Assembly: GCA_012295275.1 (NCBI GenBank)
Contig: CM022671.1
Coordinates: 8,866,001-8,930,000, forward strand
Length of the DNA stretch: 64,000 nt
Direction of reading: 5' to 3'
From: Chrysomallon squamiferum
Lineage: Eukaryota; Animalia; Mollusca
Part shown: positions 63,526 through 64,000 of the stretch, piece after piece
Position numbering within the stretch: position 1 is the stretch's first letter
Layout: each line of letters opens with the position of its first letter
Program-made: the position numbers and the translations under genes
Notes under the pieces: model-generated
What the model was told of the DNA's origin: nothing
The model's input: only the letters and a program-made list of their open reading frames with translations
Databases searched by the model: none

Positions 63526-64000
63526 GTAAGTAAAACATAAAAATAAATGAAATAACTTGGAACAAAATGATATTAAAGATGATGAAATGGAAATACATTT
63601 CAGTATAATATATATTGCCAGTTATCTAACATATAGTTTCAAATTAATGTGTGGATGTAAATTATGATCAGTTATCAAGAAATCATTATTTCTTAGGGAC
63701 GTTCATTCAGTGTAGAGTTAATGAGTTGTCAAAAATAAAAACAAAAAGAGAAATATTTTAAGCTTCTCTAGTATTTATTTATTTATTTGTTTATTTATAA
63801 TCAGTACTAATTCATAAAAGCCAGCATATTTTTTTTTTTTTTGTAGGATAGAAAAAAAAATTAATGCAAAAAATTGAATAGTAAAAAGAAAATGATGTTT
63901 TTTATTATATTTAAACCATCATGTTAATAAACAAGCTAAAAAGTAATTAAAACATGTGTATCTAAAAATCAGTGACTAATGTAAACCTGAATTATTTTAA

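Overview
This is AT-rich, CpG-poor, microsatellite- and minisatellite-rich animal genomic DNA; a mollusc is plausible from SINE-like remnants (inference). The window lies inside one large + strand gene encoding a voltage-gated calcium channel auxiliary subunit alpha-2/delta (CACNA2D3/4-like, straightjacket-like). Eight internal coding exons (34479-34595, 47532-47600, 56224-56422, 57271-57402, 58027-58087, 58662-58812, 60940-61104, 63412-63525) have canonical AG/GT ends and compatible phases. They splice into an open 1008-nt / 336-aa frame covering the N-terminal helical/dCache1 region and most of the VWA domain. Neither start nor stop is in the window, and 1-34478 appears to be one very long intron. 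Almost all other ORFs in the supplied track are translations of simple repeats. The most unusual structure surrounds the exon at 56224-56422: a duplicated decoy acceptor plus exon start with only synonymous differences, a perfect 26-nt intronic antisense copy of the same exon segment about 1.8 kb upstream that sits in its own hairpin, and nine extra intact copies of the exon's 5' splice site downstream. More decayed donor-seeded repeats follow two other exons.
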